The notes beneath the pieces are model-generated. The model made no database searches. It was given only the letters and a program-made list of their open reading frames with translations, and had not been told where the DNA came from. A DNA stretch of 64,000 nucleotides from Octopus sinensis (lineage: Eukaryota), in the NCBI RefSeq assembly GCF_006345805.1, contig NC_043018.1:7440001-7504000 (forward strand). The letters are read 5' to 3'. The position numbers and the translations under genes were made by a program. Positions 62,803-64,000 of this stretch are shown here, in pieces; the stretch's first letter is position 1, and every line of letters begins with the position of its first letter.

Positions 62803-63053
62803 TAAAATATTATTAGAGACAAAACACTATTTTGCAAAACAAAAAGGAAGACTTAATCAATACATAAAATTTTAATAAATAGTCAAAAAAAACCGCCACT
62901 ACAATTGTTTCTTGTCTTGATCGACAATCTTCAGGTGGACTTCCAATAAGTCAGTTTCAAATTATGAAGTCTTTTTTTGACTATTTATTAAAATTTTATG
63001 TATTGATTAAGTCTTTCCTTGTTTGTTTTGCAAAATAGTGGTTTTGTCTCTAA
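62803..63053. mobile_element. Inverted pair of Penelope-like pseudo-LTR segments
   Basis: 62803-62890 is the reverse complement of 62972-63053; same family as 2895-3036. Confidence 0.75.
62896..62938 (-). ncRNA. Minimal type I hammerhead ribozyme motif, core intact
   Basis: CCAC / CTGAAGA / TTGTC-GATCAA-GACAA / GAAAC / AATT / GTA / GTGG. Confidence 0.78.
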
Positions 63054-63055
63054 TA

Positions 63056-63095
<40 letters not shown>

Positions 63096-63544
63096 TTATA
63101 TATATATATATATAATATCTATAATACAAAGCGGCTATAAGCTATACGCAATATAAAATCAAAGAGGAAAATTTCAGCTGACACTAATTTTGACTGACGG
63201 TGCAGGGTAGCCCCTACATTGCTAGAAGAAGAGTTAAAGAACCTTAGCCGCAAAGAAGCATATGAGTATGCACTGACAGGAGAGATAACCACCCCACACC
63301 ACAGCGAGCGAGGCCACTACACTAGTCTAGTTTCACTTAAAATTAAAGCTCATATGGTGTGAATGCGTCACCGCTGGATGGTTTAGATAAATCCCGGATG
63401 TTAGTATAAAGTATTTTACCATATGAATCAGTGGCTGATTCAGCAAAACGGTAATTCGAAAATTACAAAATAACGAACGCGGCTATAGACAATACAAAAC
63501 CATAAAACCAAAGAGGAAAATTCAACTGTCACTGATTGTGACAG

Positions 63545-63589
<45 letters not shown>

Positions 63590-63659
63590 ATATATATATA
63601 TATATAATATATATATATACATATATATATATATTTATATATATATATATATGTCCAAC

Positions 63660-63975
63660 ATTCCACTCTGCCTGCTACCAGCCATTGTCCACCATACACA
63701 CACATACACGCACACGCACACACTCACACACACCCCCTTGTCATCTCGCACACCTTTTTTACCATTCCTTCTCTGATTCAGCTCTTTTGTTTTTAAAAAA
63801 ACATTTTTCCTCCCTTTTGACCACTTCCGTCTTTTTAGTATGTTTCCGACGAAGAGCTCCGCTCGAAACGTCAAACCCTCCTTCTTCCCTTCTTTCCTGA
63901 GCGTCAAATATACTTTATTTGTTCCACATCCTTGCGTTGTTGTTTTTTTGTTTTCTTGTTTGGATTAATTTATTA
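63660..63975 (+). mobile_element. Penelope-like pseudo-LTR with hammerhead-like motif (CCGACGA core) at 63842-63876
   Basis: GTTT / CCGACGA / A GAGC-TCC-GCTC / GAAAC GTC / AAAC, then a T-rich tail. Confidence 0.55.
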
Positions 63976-64000
63976 TATAACTATATTATATATATATATA

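Overview
Repeat-saturated, AT-rich eukaryotic genomic DNA. The repeat families and the (AT)n/(GATA)n/(AAT)n load suggest an octopus/coleoid cephalopod; this is inference from recognition, with no database check. I found no confidently identifiable host protein-coding gene, rRNA, true tRNA or CRISPR array, and most long ORFs in the track are microsatellite artefacts. Contents: (1) a full-length Dong/R4-type RLE non-LTR retrotransposon (40664-44637, minus) whose ORF breaks can all be repaired by homopolymer-length changes, plus a 5'-truncated sister copy and an older fragment. (2) Five copies of a ~550-bp non-coding element sitting in or beside (AAT)n arrays, always in the same polarity as the LINE. 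(3) Penelope-like element remnants (RT, GIY-YIG, pseudo-LTRs), several carrying minimal hammerhead-ribozyme folds, including a recurrent CCGAYGA core variant. (4) Three mariner elements and one Tc1, a Merlin-like MITE, a HINE-like element and other MITEs. (5) RTE and HERO-like LINE fragments. (6) Dozens of copies of three tRNA-derived SINE families, one forming head-to-tail multimers. The best candidates for new biology are the hammerhead-bearing pseudo-LTRs and the (AAT)n-targeting LINE plus non-autonomous partner. SINE boundaries are approximate (about +/-10-20 bp).
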